Assembly: GCA_964016885.1 (NCBI GenBank)
Contig: OZ024747.1
Span: 11,408,001-11,472,000 of the forward strand
Direction: 5' to 3'
Length of the DNA: 64,000 bases
Source: Eledone cirrhosa
Lineage: Eukaryota
A program made the translations under genes and the position numbers. The notes under the pieces were generated by a model. The model saw only the letters and a program-made list of their open reading frames with translations. It was not told the origin of the DNA and made no database searches. Shown here piece by piece: positions 1 to 12,320 of the stretch (within the stretch, counting starts at the first letter, position 1; every line of letters starts with the position of its first letter).

Positions 1-281
1 TTTATTAATTCATTCTTCTGTAATTTTCCACATGTAATCTTCACAGATCATACCAAGCCTGACTCTATGTACAGAGTCTGGAGGTGTGAGAGGAAGCAAG
101 CCTTCCCCCTAACAGGGTCATGCCAATCTTGTCTTCTTCAACAGCAAAAAAACAATCTCTGCTCACATCAAGAAAATATTGCACCCCTCTCTCCTTAAAA
201 AGGAATAACATGCAACTAAAGCCCTACTGATCACTCCAAACGCCAGGCCTCATAATTAACTGAGGATCTGTCATGGTGACT

Positions 282-530
282 GCACTAGTATCGACATGTA
301 GTGTAAGGAAGAGAACTGCACTGGTATCGACATGTAGTGTAAGGAAGAGAACTGCACTGGTATCGACATGTAGTGTAAGGAAGAGAACTGCACTGGTATC
401 GACATGTAGTGTAAGGAAGAGAACTGCACTGGTATCGACTATCGACATGTAGTGTAAGGAAGAGAACTGCACTGGTATTGACATGTAGTGTATGGAAGAG
501 GAGTGCCCTGGTATCGACATGTAGTGTAAG
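282..530. repeat. 36-bp minisatellite, about 6.5 copies
   Basis: Unit gcactggtatcgacatgtagtgtaaggaagagaact is directly visible; gives the 12-aa periodic ORF 224..520. Confidence 0.95.
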
Positions 531-1058
531 GTAATGATCTAAGTAGAAGGAAGACAGAAGCGTTCAGACCTGATATCAGGATGGTGATGGTTGGTATGGC
601 TGGTGATGGTGGTGGTTATGATGACAATGATACTGCTGCTGATAGTGATGTTTGTAATGGAAGTGAAGATGTTGATTGGTAGATTTATTAAGTGTTTTCA
701 TTCTAAACACACACTGACATACACTAACTTGTACGTGTGTGTGTATATATATATATATATAAATCATCATCATCATCATTGTTGTTTTTACATAGGTTTT
801 TTTTCCATGCTTGGGTTGGACAGGTCCTTCTGAGCATGGCATCTCTCCACTCGCCATGTTTCTTTGTCATTTCCTGTGAGTCTCAGTGATTTGTGGTCAG
901 CTCTCATCAACTCTGTCCAGGTCTTGGTCTACCTCTACTGAGGTCAGCTCTCATCACCTCTGGCCACGTCTTTCTCAGTCTACCTCTGCTGTGGCTTCTT
1001 TTCACTGGCATTTCTTCACCCTTTTCTCCTGCATACCACCTCAGATTCTTATGTAGAG

Positions 1059-1148
1059 AAATAACTTCTACAGAACTAGAACTGCTTCATTCATATGAAA
1101 TCATCATTTCATACGAATGAAACAGTTCTAGTCCTGTAGAAGTTATTT
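1059..1148. repeat. 90-nt near-perfect inverted repeat (hairpin)
   Basis: 43-bp arms aaataacttctacag...atgaaat / atttcat...ctgtagaagttattt, 4-nt loop catc, 3 mismatches. Confidence 0.9.
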
Positions 1149-2019
1149 GGGATAGTAGAGTGTAACAATATTAGAGAGAGTTGGGGCTCGACGGCTGAGG
1201 TCTTGCAGCATATGGAATTAGGTATTGAAATGGCAAGAGCTCAGCCATTGGGCCCTGACTATCTCTAATATCGGGCATAGCAACCTCCCTAGTGTTGATG
1301 ATCTACATGATAAATGCACCCAGTACTCTCTGTCAAGTGGTTGGTGATAGGAAGGACATCCAGCTGTAGAAATCTTGCCAGACAAAAGGTTGGGAGGACC
1401 TTCAGTTGTGTCAAAGGCATGACAGCCTCTCCTGAGCAATTGATGGAACGTGAGACCATACATAAGTGAGACGCAGCTCACTGGTTTGTCTGGGAGATCA
1501 GTGGCTCTGCATCACTACAGACTTGGTCTTCTATATGGATCCATCCAACCCATGCTAGCAGGGAATGTGTATGTTAAAATGACAATGATGAGATATATAT
1601 ATATATGTGTGTATATGTGTGTATACGTGTGTATGTGTATACCCCAGCTGGAGGTCGTGTCAACAAACATTGAAAGATTGACAGGAAAGAGAAAGTAAAA
1701 ACATCTCAGATTCATCAATGGATCATTGTACTACTTCTGGTTACACAAAGCTATCATTACCACCACCACCATCATTACCACCACTGCCATCATTACCACA
1801 GCCGCCATCATTACCACCATCACCACCATCATTATCACCACCACCACCATCACCATCAACACCATCATTAACACTACCACCATCACCAAACACACACACA
1901 TATATATATATATATTATGTGTGTGTGTTTCCATGTCTGTGTTTATGTTCTGTAACTTAGCAGTTCAACAATAAAGAGATTGATCAAATAAATACTGGGG
2001 TTGATATTATTGATATAAT

Positions 2020-2300
2020 AATAATTGTTTCTACTTTTGGCACAAGGCCAGCAATTACCCCAGTGTATTACTGGTACTTTATTTTATCGACCCTGTAAGG
2101 ATGAAAGGCAAAGTTAACCTTGACGGGATTTGAACTAAGATCTTAAAGGGCTCTAACTCCGACCCTCTACCGATACTGCCAATCCATGGTTTATGATTTA
2201 GGCACAAGGCGAGGTTATTTAGCAGGAAGGGAAAATGGACTCCAGTGCATTACTTTATTTTATCAACCTCGGAATGATGAAAAGCAAAGTTGATAACAAC
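2020..2300 (-). mobile_element. tRNA-derived SINE family 1 (Nin/Deu-like core), one near-full and one degenerate copy
   Basis: Reverse complement of the copies at 14697 and 22577: tttatcgaccc...ggatgaaaggcaaagtt...gggatttgaac. Confidence 0.8.
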
Positions 2301-2654
2301 AACAATAAAAATAATAGTAGTAATAATAATAATAATAATGTTTTGTTTTATTGGTCTCAAGGGCCGAAGATGTTTTAGGACAGTATAAGAAACAAGATAC
2401 AAAACAGTGGCAGTTTACATTTGAGTAAAAAAATATGTAAAAACAACAGTTAACAATACAATATCAGCAAAGAAAAGGTCTCTGATTAAGGGGACTGTGA
2501 TTTTGGATCAATGAAGGATCCTCACAGGTCCAGTATTACTCTGGATAACAAGGGCATGTAGCCCCTCTCAGATATATTCTCCAGTCAACAAATAAGGAGA
2601 AAAGACCCATTTACTTAAGTCATGTTTGGCACTCTTACCTTTCATTAAATTTAC

Positions 2655-3060
2655 TAGAGTACACCCAGTCCACCTTGTAAAGTGGTAGTGCTGGTGCCTT
2701 GATATAATACACCTAGTCCACCCTGTAAAGTGGTAGTGCTGGTGCCATGATATAAAGCACCCAGTACATTGAAAGGTGGTAGTGTTGGTATCACGTTATA
2801 GAGTACTCAGTATAAGCTGAAACGTGGTAGTGGCTGGTGCCATGACAAAAAGGACCTTGTGCCCCATGTAAAGTGGTAGTGCTGGTTCCCCAATATATAG
2901 CACCCAGCCTCCCACTATAAAGTGGTAGTGGTTGGTGCCATGATATAAAACATCCAGTCTCCTATGTAAGGTGGTAGCACTGGTGGAACAATATGAATCC
3001 CCTAGCCTACCCTATAAAATGGTAGTGGTGGTGCCATGATGAAATGCTGTGAAGTGATTG
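2655..3060 (+). repeat. Degenerate tandem array of a retroposon-internal unit (about 45 bp)
   Basis: Recurrent cacccag...gtaaagtggtagtgctggtgcc; the same motif occurs in the SINE family 2 body and the RTE 3' UTR. Confidence 0.75.
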
Positions 3061-3292
3061 ACATCTAGCTGTAGGAACTATGCCAGAATGGAATGTGTGA
3101 GCAAGATGTGGTCACCTGATTACACTTTATTTGACAGCCCATCTAACTTATGCAAACATGGAAAATAAACACTAAATGCTGTCTGTGTGATTGTACCTTC
3201 CTCTCTGAGTGAATATGGAAGAAATCAATGACAGCTTGGTCGTAAAGAAATGTGTCTTCAGTCTGGGATTTTAACATCCCATTATGATTTAA

Positions 3293-3500
3293 CCCTTTAG
3301 CATTTACATTACTCTATATATACTATTGTATTTTTATGGTAAACACTTTATCTCACATAATATTGAATCTATGAGATTTTGATATCATTTATTTTGAGAA
3401 CAATACCTTAACATCAGTATGACTGACTGGTTACAGCCAATTTGAACAGAAAGAGGTGAGAGAATTCTGGCCAGATATGACTGGTTTAAATGCTAAAGGG
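3293..3500. mobile_element. piggyBac-like MITE A
   Basis: TTAA|CCCTTTAGCATTTA ... TAAATGCTAAAGGG|TTAG terminal inverted repeats; further copies at 10623 and 59867. Confidence 0.75.
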
Positions 3501-3616
3501 TTAGGAGAAAATATCTAAAAACAGGATTGTTAATTCAAATGTTTTCAGTATCTTTATATTTACTAATAGACAGATCTTTGTGAAAATTTGCAGTTAAGCT
3601 AACGCGAAAACTTTAA

Positions 3617-3845
3617 CCCTTTAGTTACCAACCCGGTCAAAATAGCCTCTGGTTCTATGAAATAAAACCACCCATTTTAAAGGTTTTCAATTTAAATAAA
3701 AATCTTCCAACATAGTTTTATATAACTTTACATTAAGTTACTATCTTAGTAATGCAATAATTAATATTTTTAGTAAATCCCTGAAAATTCTTCATTAATT
3801 AATTAAAATAAAGTGTATTTCATTTGAAATGTGGTGATGACAGGG
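3617..3845. mobile_element. piggyBac-like MITE B
   Basis: TTAA|CCCTTTAGTTACC ... GGTGATGACAGGG|TTAA, imperfect TIRs with TTAA on both sides. Confidence 0.65.
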
Positions 3846-3949
3846 TTAATGTTTAATTTGCTACAATTGTATTGCTGTTTGTACTTTTGAATAATGTCTT
3901 GCTAATAATACGGTTTCATGTGGTACAGGATGCTAAGAGTTACAGGCAA

Positions 3950-5015
3950 TAACAACAATTTCTGAGGCACAAGGCCAGACATTTCAGGAAGGCTGTAGGA
4001 GATTAAATCTACCCCATTACACGATGGTATCTTGTTGACTCCTACAACAATGAAAGGCAAAGTGGAATTTGAACCGAGAATCTCACGAAATACCACAGAA
4101 CATTGTCAACCCCACTTCTGTTGCTATCACTTACCTATCAATGCTTTCTGATTTAGGCACAAGGTCAACAATTAGAGGGAGGAAGAGAGGAAAGTTGATT
4201 AAATCTACCCCAGTGTATTACTGGTACTTTATTTTATCAACCTAATAAGGATAAGAGGCAAAGTTATCCTCTGTGGGATTTGAACTCAGAACGTAAAGGG
4301 CCATAACTCTATACTGCAAAGCATGTTGTCTGATGCTCTACCGATACTGTCAATCCACAGCCTTCATTTACCCAATAATAATAATTGTTTCTAACATAGA
4401 CACAAGGCCAGTTATTTTGAGGTAGGGAAAAGTCGATTAAATCAACCCTAGTACTTTACTGGTACTTTTATCAAACCTGCAAAGGATGAAAGGCAAAGTT
4501 GATCTCAGTGGAATCCAGAATATAAAGAACTAGAACAAATATTGCTAAGTTTTTGTCCAACGCTTTAACGACTCTGTCAATTCACTGCCTTCAACCCAAT
4601 AAGTTTCTACTACAGGCACAAGGCCAACAATTTTTTGGAGAGAGGAAAGTTGATTAAATCAACCTCAGTGTATTACTGGTACTTTATTTTAGCAACCTCA
4701 TAAGGATGAAAGGCAAAGCTAACCTCAGCAGGATTTCAACTAAGAATGTAAAGGGCCATAACTCTATGTCACAAAGCATGTTGTCTGATGTTCTACGGAT
4801 ACTGCGAATTCAGCACCCTTGATTGTTCCTAATTTTGGCACAAAGCCAGCAGTTTTGTGGAGAGTAAAGCAAGTCAGTTATCTCAAGCTCAGCACACGAG
4901 AGGTATCTTATTTTATCAACCTTGGAAGGATGAAATGCAAAGTTGACCACAGAATTCAAAGATTTGTAACAAATACTGAAAAAAATTTGTCTAACATTCT
5001 AACAACTCTGCCGAT
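3950..5015 (-). mobile_element. Head-to-tail cluster of about five SINE family 1 copies
   Basis: Repeated ggcacaaggcc...tactggtactttattttatc...ggatgaaaggcaaagtt blocks near 3960, 4150, 4390, 4610 and 4830. Confidence 0.8.
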
Positions 5016-5084
5016 TCAGAGCCTTAATAATGTGGTTAGAACATTTAAGGAAAGAATTGCTGAGAATTGCTGGATAGATTTAAC

Positions 5085-5250
5085 GGGCACAATCAATTGG
5101 CAGGAGACCCAGAGCAAGATGGTTGGATAACATCCACGAGTTTGGCTGATCTTGCTTGGAGATCCAGCTAGATCAGTTGGAGACATTACCTGCTGGAAGG
5201 AGTGTTTGAGGACTCTGACCCCCACGACCCTCTCAAGAAGAAGAACCAGC
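5085..5250 (+). mobile_element. 3' fragment of RTE family C (Expander/Rex3-like end)
   Basis: Homologous to 57225..57440 (agaccc..agcaagatggttggat...ggaaggagtgtttgaggactctg..cccc..gaccctctc); degenerate GRPRARWLD motif. Confidence 0.55.
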
Positions 5251-5517
5251 AGCAGTTAGGAAGGGATGAAGGGGAGAGTTGTTTATATTGACCCCCCCAA
5301 TACATTTCTTACATTGGAAGTAGACCAGAAACATGGGTTAGTAGATTAATCCCTCATTACATGACTGGTACTTCATTGATCATGGGAGCTGAAACACAAA
5401 GTTGGCCTCGGTGGCATTTCAACTCAGAATGTGTAAAGAGACGGAACAAATTTTTTCCGACACTCCAACAATTTTAATAAATAATAATAATAATAATAGT
5501 AACAATAATAATAATAA

Positions 5518-5665
5518 TGGTTTCTATATTTGGCACAAGGCCAGCCATTTGTAGGGAAGGGTAAAGTCGATTAAATCGGCCCCAGTATGTTACTGGTACT
5601 TTATTTTATCGATCCCGAAAAGATGAATGGCAACGTTAACATTGACAGGATTTGAACTCCAATGT
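5518..5665 (-). mobile_element. SINE family 1 copy
   Basis: ggcacaaggccag...tactggtactttattttatcga...ggatttgaactc. Confidence 0.75.
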
Positions 5666-5901
5666 TTTAACTGCCAATAATAATAATAATAATAATAATG
5701 ATAATAATAATTAAAATAATGATAATTAAAATAATGATAATTAAAATAATAAAAACAACAACAACAATAATAATAAATTAAAATAATTTTCATTAAATAA
5801 AGGAAATAAATCCAATGTCTTCTTTTCTGACACAGTTTTACCAATTCTAAAATGACAATCACCTCTTAGATTGTATTTGTGTAGTTAAGTCAGCATCTGC
5901 A

Positions 5902-8757
5902 TGTGTTGTGTTGCAGTGTGGTGCTGCTGTGTTGTGTTGCAGTGTGGTGCTGCTGTGTTGTGTTGCAGTGTGGTGGTGTTGTGTTGTGTTGCAGTGTGGT
6001 GGTGTTGTGTTGCAGTGTGGTGGTGTTGTGTTGCAGTGTGGTGCTGCTGTGTTGTGTTGCAGTGTGGTGGTGTTGTGTTGTGTTGCAGTGTGGTGGTGTT
6101 GTGTTGCAGTGTGGTGGTGTTGTGTTGCAGTGTGGTGCTGCTGTGTTGTGTTGCAGTGTGGTGGTGTTGTGTTGCAGTGTGGTGGTGTTGTGTTGTGTTG
6201 CAGTGTGGTGCTGCTGTGTTGTGTTGCAGTGTGGTGGTGTTGTGTTGCAGTGTGGTGCTGCTGTGTTGTGTTGCAGTGTGGTGTTGCACTGTGGAGGTGT
6301 TGTGTTGTGTTGCAGTGTGGTGTTGCTGTGTTGCAGTGTGGTGCTGCTGTGTTGTGTTGCAGTGTGGTGCTGCTGTGTTGTGTTGCAGTGTGGTGGTGTT
6401 GTGTTGCAGTGTGGTGCTGCTGTGTTGTACTGTGGAGGTGTTGTGTTGTGTTGCAGTGTGGTGCTGCTGTGTTGTCTGTTGTGTTGCACTGTGGAGGTGT
6501 TGTGTTGTGTTGCAGTGTGGTGGTGCTGTGTTGCACTGTGGAGGTGTTGTGTTGTGTCGCAGTGTGGTGTTGCTGTGTTGCAGTGTGGTGGTGCTGTGTT
6601 GCACTGTGGAGGTGTTGTGTTGTGTTGCAGTGTGGTGTTGCTGTGTTGCAGTGTGGTGGTGCTGTGTTGCACTGTGGAGGTGTTGTGTTGTGTTGCAGTG
6701 TGGTGTTGCTGTGTTACAGTGTGGTGGTGCTGTGTTGCACTGTGGAGGTGTTGTGTTGTGTTGCAGTGTGGTGTTGCTGTGTTGCAGTGTGGTGGTGCTG
6801 TGTTGTCTGTTGTGTTGCACTGTGGTGTTGTGTTGCAGTGTGGTGGTGCTGTGTTGTCTGTTGTGTTGCACTGTGGAGGTGTTGTGTTGTGTTGCAGTGT
6901 AGTGGTGTTGTGTTGCAGTGTAGTGGTGTTGTGTTGCAGTGTGGTGGTGCTGTGTTGTCTGTTGTGTTGCACTGTGGAGGTTGTTGTGTTGTGTTGCAGT
7001 GTAGTGGTGTTGTGTTGCAGTGGCAGTGCTGTGTTTGTTGCAATGTGGTGGTGTTGTGTGGTAGTGAGGTGGTGTTGTGTTGTAGTGTGGTGGTGTTGTG
7101 TTGCAGTGGTGGTGTTGTGTTGTAGTGTGGTGGTGTTGTATTGTAGTGGTGGTGTTGTGTTGTAGTGTGGTGGTGTTGTGTTGCAGTGGTGGTGTTGTGT
7201 TGTAGTGTGGTGGTGTGTTGCAGTGGTGGTGGTGTGTTGTAGTGTGGTGGTGTTGTGTTGTAGTGTGGTGGTGTTGTGTTGTAGTGTGGTGGTGTTGTGT
7301 TGTAGTGTGGTGGTGTGTTGCAGTGGTGGTGGTGTGTTGTAGTGTGGTGGTGTTGTGTTGTAGTGTGGTGGTGTTGTGTTGTAGTGTGGTGGTGTGTTGC
7401 AGTGGTGGTGTTGTGTTGTAGTGTGGTGGTGTTGTGTTGTAATGTGGTGTTGTGTTGCAGTGGTGGTGGTGTGTTGTAGTGTGGTGGTGTTGTGTTGTAG
7501 TGTGGTGGTGTTGTGTTGTAGTGAGGTGGTGTTGTGTTGTAGTGAGGCGGTGTTGCGTTGTAGTGAGGTGGTGTTGTGTTGCAGTGGTGGTGGTGTTGTG
7601 TTGTAGTGTGGTGGTGTTGTGTTGTAGTAAGGTGGTGTTGTGTTGTAGTAAGGTGGTGTTGTGTTGTAGTGTGGTGTTGTGTTGCAGTGGTGGTGTTGTG
7701 TTGTAGTGGTGGTGTTGTGTTGTAGTGTGGTGGTGTTGTGTTGTAATGTGGTGTTGTGTTGCAGTGGTGGTGGTGTTGTGTTGTAGTGTGGTGTTGCGTT
7801 GTAGTGAGGTGGTGTTGTGTTATAGTGAGGTGGTGTTGTGTTGTAGTGAGGTGGTGTTGTGTGGTGGTGTTGTGAGGTGGTGTTGTGTTGTAGTGGTGGT
7901 GTTGTGTTGTAGTGAGGTGGTGTTGTGTTGTAGTGGTGTTGTGTTGTAATGGTGGTGTTGTGTTGTAGTGTAGTGGTGTTGTGTTGTAGTGTGGTGGTGT
8001 TGTGTTGTAGTGGTGGTATTGTGTTGTAGTGAGGTGGTGTTGTGTTGTAGTGGTGGTGTTGTGTTGTAGTGTGGTGGTGTTGTGTTGTGTTGTAGTGTGG
8101 TGGTGTTGTGTTGTAGTGAGGTGGTGTTGTGTTGTAGTGAGGTGGTGTTGTGTTGTAGTGGTGATGTTGTGTTGTAGTGGTGGTGTTGTGTTGTAGTGAG
8201 GTGGTGTTGTGTTGTAGTGAGGTGGTGTTGTGTTGTGTTGTAGTGGTGGTGGTGTTGTGTTGTAGTGTGGTGGTGTTGTGTTGTAGTGAGGTGGTGTTGT
8301 GTTGTAGTGTGGTGGTGTTGTGTTGTAGTAAGGTGGTGTTGTGTTGTAGTGTGGTGGTGTTGTGTTGTAGTGAGGTGCTGTTGTGTTGTAGTGTGGTGTT
8401 GTGTTGCAGTGGTGGTGGTGTGTTGTAGTGAGGTGTTGTTGTCTTGTAGTGTGGTGGTGTTGTGTTGTAGTGTGGTGTTGTGTTGCAGTGGTGGTGTTGT
8501 GTTGTAGTGGTGGTGTTGTCTTGTAGTGTTGTGTTGTAGTGGTGGTGTTGTGTTGTAGTGTGGTGTTGTGTTGTAGTGTGGTGTTGTGTTGCAGTGGTGG
8601 TGTTGTGTTGCAGTGGTGGTGTTGTGTTGTAGTGGTGGTGTTGTCTTGTAGTGTGGTGTTGTGTTGTAGTGGTGGTGTTGTGTTGTAGTGTGGTGTTGTG
8701 TTGCAGTGGTGGTGTTGTGTTGTAGTGGTGGTGTTGTCTTGTAGTGTGGTGTTGTGT
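5902..8757. repeat. 2.85-kb GT-rich composite satellite (gtgtt/gcagt/gtagt/ggt)
   Basis: Directly visible; source of the overlapping Q/H/N/T and V/C/L ORFs. Confidence 0.97.
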
Positions 8758-8927
8758 AGATGAGAGAGAGAGTGTTAGGTAGAAAGAGCTGTAGTATTTC
8801 ATCAACATTATCTGTGTGTGGTGTATCTGTATGTGTGGTGTGTCTGTCTGTATGTGTCTGTGTGTGGTGTGTCGGGTTGTGTGTGTGTCTGTGTGTGTGT
8901 CTGTGTGTGTGTGGTGAGAAGAGTGAC

Positions 8928-9872
8928 TCATAAGACAGGTTGGTGAAAGGTGACCCGTCCATTGAGACAGCCTGCTACATACATGCAGTGATTTGGTGCA
9001 AATTTAGCTGTCACCACAACATTGGTGTGTGCCATATTACATGCCACCTCACACATCTTCAATGGCCGCTGTGGCACACAGTCAGGTAACTCGAGGCACT
9101 GCGGGTTGAATGCGAGCAGGCGTGTTCCAAAGCCGAATGGTGAACAAATGAGGCGGCCATCAGAGCTGAAGCAGAGCTCCTTAATGAAACCTCTCCCAAC
9201 ATTTGGCTCCTCGCTATAATAGAGTAGACGTGGCTGGTTCTTGTGAATACGATAGAGGTGAGATGGGTATGACTTAACACCTGAGCACACGGCCAACATC
9301 CTCTTCTGTTGCTGATGTTGCTGCTGTCCAGCACGGAATATAAAGGTGTAGTCGACAGGCATACGTGAAGAGGAACTCCCACTGGTACTTGCCTCAGGAC
9401 GGCCAGTTTCCATGGGGCTTGCCTCTTCTCTTGAAGAACGGTGTCTTGTCAAGGAGGAGGACGAGGAAGAAGGAGGAGCGGTGCTGTTTTCTGTATTTGG
9501 TGCTGATGACTGGTGCTGGTTGCCATTGCTGGTTGTTGCACCTCTCTGCATTTCTCGGTGCACAGGTGAAAAACCATTTGGTAGTGCCGAGCTTAATTGG
9601 GTTGATTCTCGAAATGTTGAAGAATGAGCCCGAGTTGTGGCTATGTGAGGTCGGGACGACGATGGCAGTGAACCTCTAACGGCTTCATTAGCTTGGACAT
9701 TCTGTCCCTGTTGGTGTGAAGGCGAGAATGACGAGGGACTAACGTCTACTCGGGGAGTTCTATAGTAAAGTATTCGGTTACGAGTCGGTCTTCTACTAGA
9801 GGTGATACGACTTCTCGGTAGAAAATCAGAAGGATCGGAACCATCCCCACCTGCACCGGCAACACCACCACC

Positions 9873-9906
<34 letters not shown>

Positions 9907-10214
9907 TCATCATCGTAATCATCTCGTTCATGATGGTTATTGTCATCATCATCTGAAGCAGAGTTTTCAGGGGTTGGTGACTGCACCCGTACATAAATAA
10001 GCCACGAAGGACTGGATGAACGTGAATTGGAGGTTGGAGAAGGGGATCGTGTAGGAATTGGTGACATGGAACCAATAGGATGACTAAGCACAGGTCCACT
10101 GGATGTAGATGGTTGAGGGCCATAGTCCAACATTTCCTCATCAAAATCTTCAAAATCTTGCTCATCTCCAGAAGTGTCCACTTTGATTTCCTGAATGTCA
10201 TGGAGACAGGTCCA
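8928..10214 (-). CDS. DCAF10: DCAF10/WDR32 exon 6 (terminal)
   Basis: Acceptor tctttcag|TGG; WTCLHDIQE...RLLYYSEEPNVGRGFIKELCFSSDGRLICSPFGFG...AGCLNGRVTFHQPVL-stop matches the DCAF10 C-terminus; phase 0. Confidence 0.93.
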
Positions 10215-10269
10215 CTGAAAGACAGAAGAGAGGAAATTGGTTTAACAGAGGACCAGATATAGGGAGGGT

Positions 10270-10435
10270 GGGTGAGAGTAAGAGGTGCTAGCATGGAATA
10301 TAGAGGGGGTAAGAGTAAGAGGTGCTAGAGTGGAATATAGAGGGGGTAGGAGTAAGAGGTGCTAGAGTGGAATATAGAGGGGGTAGGAGTAAGAGGTGCT
10401 AGAGTGGAATATAGAGGGGGTAAGAGTAAGAGGTG
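10270..10435. repeat. 37-bp minisatellite, about 4 copies
   Basis: ggtgctagagtggaatatagagggggtaggagtaaga. Confidence 0.9.
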
Positions 10436-10622
10436 AAAGAACAACTGGGAATAAGATGAATAAGATATATGACAGCAAAAGAATAGTCCAAGAAATCCCA
10501 TATTTACAAATGTACGAGATACAATTGCTGACCACACCCCACTTATAACAATTCAAGCAAATGTCCAACCCCTCCGTTTATTCCAAACCCCCTATTATAG
10601 GACCAGAGAATAAGTCTTTTAA

Positions 10623-10843
10623 CCCTTTAGCATTTACATTACTCTATATATACAATTGTATTTTCATGGAAAACACTTTATTTCACATAATTATCTCACA
10701 TAATATCGAATCTGCAAGATATTGATATTATTTATTTTGAGAACAATACCTTAACATAAGTATGAGCAGCCATTTACAGCCAGTTTGAACAGAAAGAGGT
10801 GAGAGAATTCTGGCCGGATATGGCCGGTTTAAATACTAAAGGG
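10623..10843. mobile_element. piggyBac-like MITE A copy 2
   Basis: Colinear with 3293..3500, same TIRs. Confidence 0.75.
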
Positions 10844-10911
10844 TCAATAGATCAATATATCCCTCACCCTATACAGAAAGGGTTAAAATTTGGGGTAGAT
10901 GAATGACTTAC

Positions 10912-10971
10912 TTCAGAGTTCTCATCACTGCTTGTACTACGAGAGAGGCAGCACCAGCCCTGGGGGTGGAT
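10912..10971 (-). CDS. DCAF10: DCAF10 exon 5
   Basis: cacag|ATC...GAA|gtaag; IHPQGWCCLSRSTSSDENSE; 60 nt, phase 0/0; below the ORF-track cutoff. Confidence 0.92.
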
Positions 10972-11066
10972 CTGTGACGAGAAGAAGAGGAAACAAGAGA
11001 AAGTTAGATGAAAGCAGAACAACAACAATAACAATTAAAATATACAAACACATTACATTTACTACA

Positions 11067-11705
11067 ATGGTGGTGGTGTTGGTGGTGATAGTGGTGTTGT
11101 TGGTGGCAGTAGTGGTGGTGGTGTTGGTGGAGGTGGTGGTGGTGTTGGTGGTGATAGTGGTGTTGTTGGTGGCAGTAGTGGTGGTGGTGTTGGTGGAGGT
11201 GGTGGTGGTGTTGGTGGAGGTGTTGGTGTTGGTGTTGTTGGTAGCAGTAGTGGTGGTGGTGTTGGTGGAGGTGGTGGTGTTACTGGTGTTGGTGGAGGTG
11301 GTGGTGGTGTTGGTGGTGATAGTGGTGTTGTTGGTGGCAGTAGTGGTGGTGGTGGTGGTGGTGTTGGTGGAGGTGGTGGTGTTGGTGTTGTTGGTGGCAG
11401 TAGTGGTGGTGGTGTTGGTGGAGGTGGTGTTGGTGGTGTTACTGGTGTTGGTGTTGGTGTTGGTGGAGGTGGTGGTGGTGTTGGTGGTGGTGGTGGTGTT
11501 GGTGGTAGTGTTGGTGGCAGTTGTGTTGTTGGTGTTGGTGGTGGTGTTGGTGGTCGTGGTGTTGGTGGCAGTTGTGTTGTTGGTGGTGGTGTTGGTGGTC
11601 GTGGTGTTGGTGGCAGTTGTGTTGTTGGTGTTGGTGTTGGTGTTGGTAGTGCTAGTGGTGTTGGTGGTGGTGGTGGTAGTGGTGTTGGTGGTGGTGTAGT
11701 TGGTG
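11067..11705. repeat. GGT/GTT-rich low-complexity tandem repeat (intronic)
   Basis: Directly visible; lies between DCAF10 exons 4 and 5. Confidence 0.93.
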
Positions 11706-11774
11706 GTATATTGTGGGACTGATGTATGATATGAAAATGAAATTAATAATGTGCCAGAAAGAGGCAGCACTAAC

Positions 11775-12096
11775 CTGCAGGGAAGCGATGACACATGCTT
11801 CATCTCTGCCGGGAAAGTCACTGATGAATTCAACACGGTTGCGATGCCGTTCAAAGACATGGTTGTACAGAGTACTGTTGCGACGAGGAATCTGCTCCAA
11901 TTGCATGAAGCGGTAAAACTTGGGCTTGAACCCTCTTAAGTCCTGCTCTAAGTAGGATAGGTCAAGGTTGTGGATGACAATCAGGTAACCTTCCGTCGTT
12001 GAAATGACAATTTTTGAAGAGTCTGGTGTCAGCTTGGAACGCATCAATCCACTGGTGTGGAATACTCGTTTAAAATTAGGTTCATTTACTGAATAA
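11775..12096 (-). CDS. DCAF10: DCAF10 exon 4
   Basis: ttccag|T...CAG|gttagt; VFHTSGLMRSKLTPDSSKIVISTTEGYLIVIHNLDL...RNRVEFISDFP; phase 2 to 0. Confidence 0.93.
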
Positions 12097-12136
12097 CTGG
12101 AAGAATAAATATTAATATTTAGATATTTATATGGGT

Positions 12137-12320
12137 GAGGGCAGTTGATTGGCAGAATTGATAGAGCGTCAGACAGCATGCTTTGCGGCATAAAGTTACG
12201 ACCCTTTACGTTTTGAGTTCAAATCCCGTTGGGGTTAGCTTTGCCTTTCATCTTTACTGGGTCAATGAAATTAAGTACCAGTCTTGCACTGGGGTTGATT
12301 TAATCGACTCCCCCTCCCCA
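12137..12320 (+). mobile_element. SINE family 1 copy
   Basis: tRNA-like head (tggcagaattg..., gagttcaaatccc) followed by tttgcctttcatc...aagtaccag. Confidence 0.75.

Noticed and set aside
2655-3060. CRISPR-like look of repeats with variable gaps (also 38630..39007)
   Set aside because: Contiguous diverged tandem units, no unique spacers, no cas genes, eukaryotic context.
5859-8962. Long ORFs up to 1013 aa
   Set aside because: Stop-poor satellite open in many frames on both strands.
10899-11860. PolyV and T/N-rich ORFs
   Set aside because: Simple repeat inside DCAF10 intron 4.
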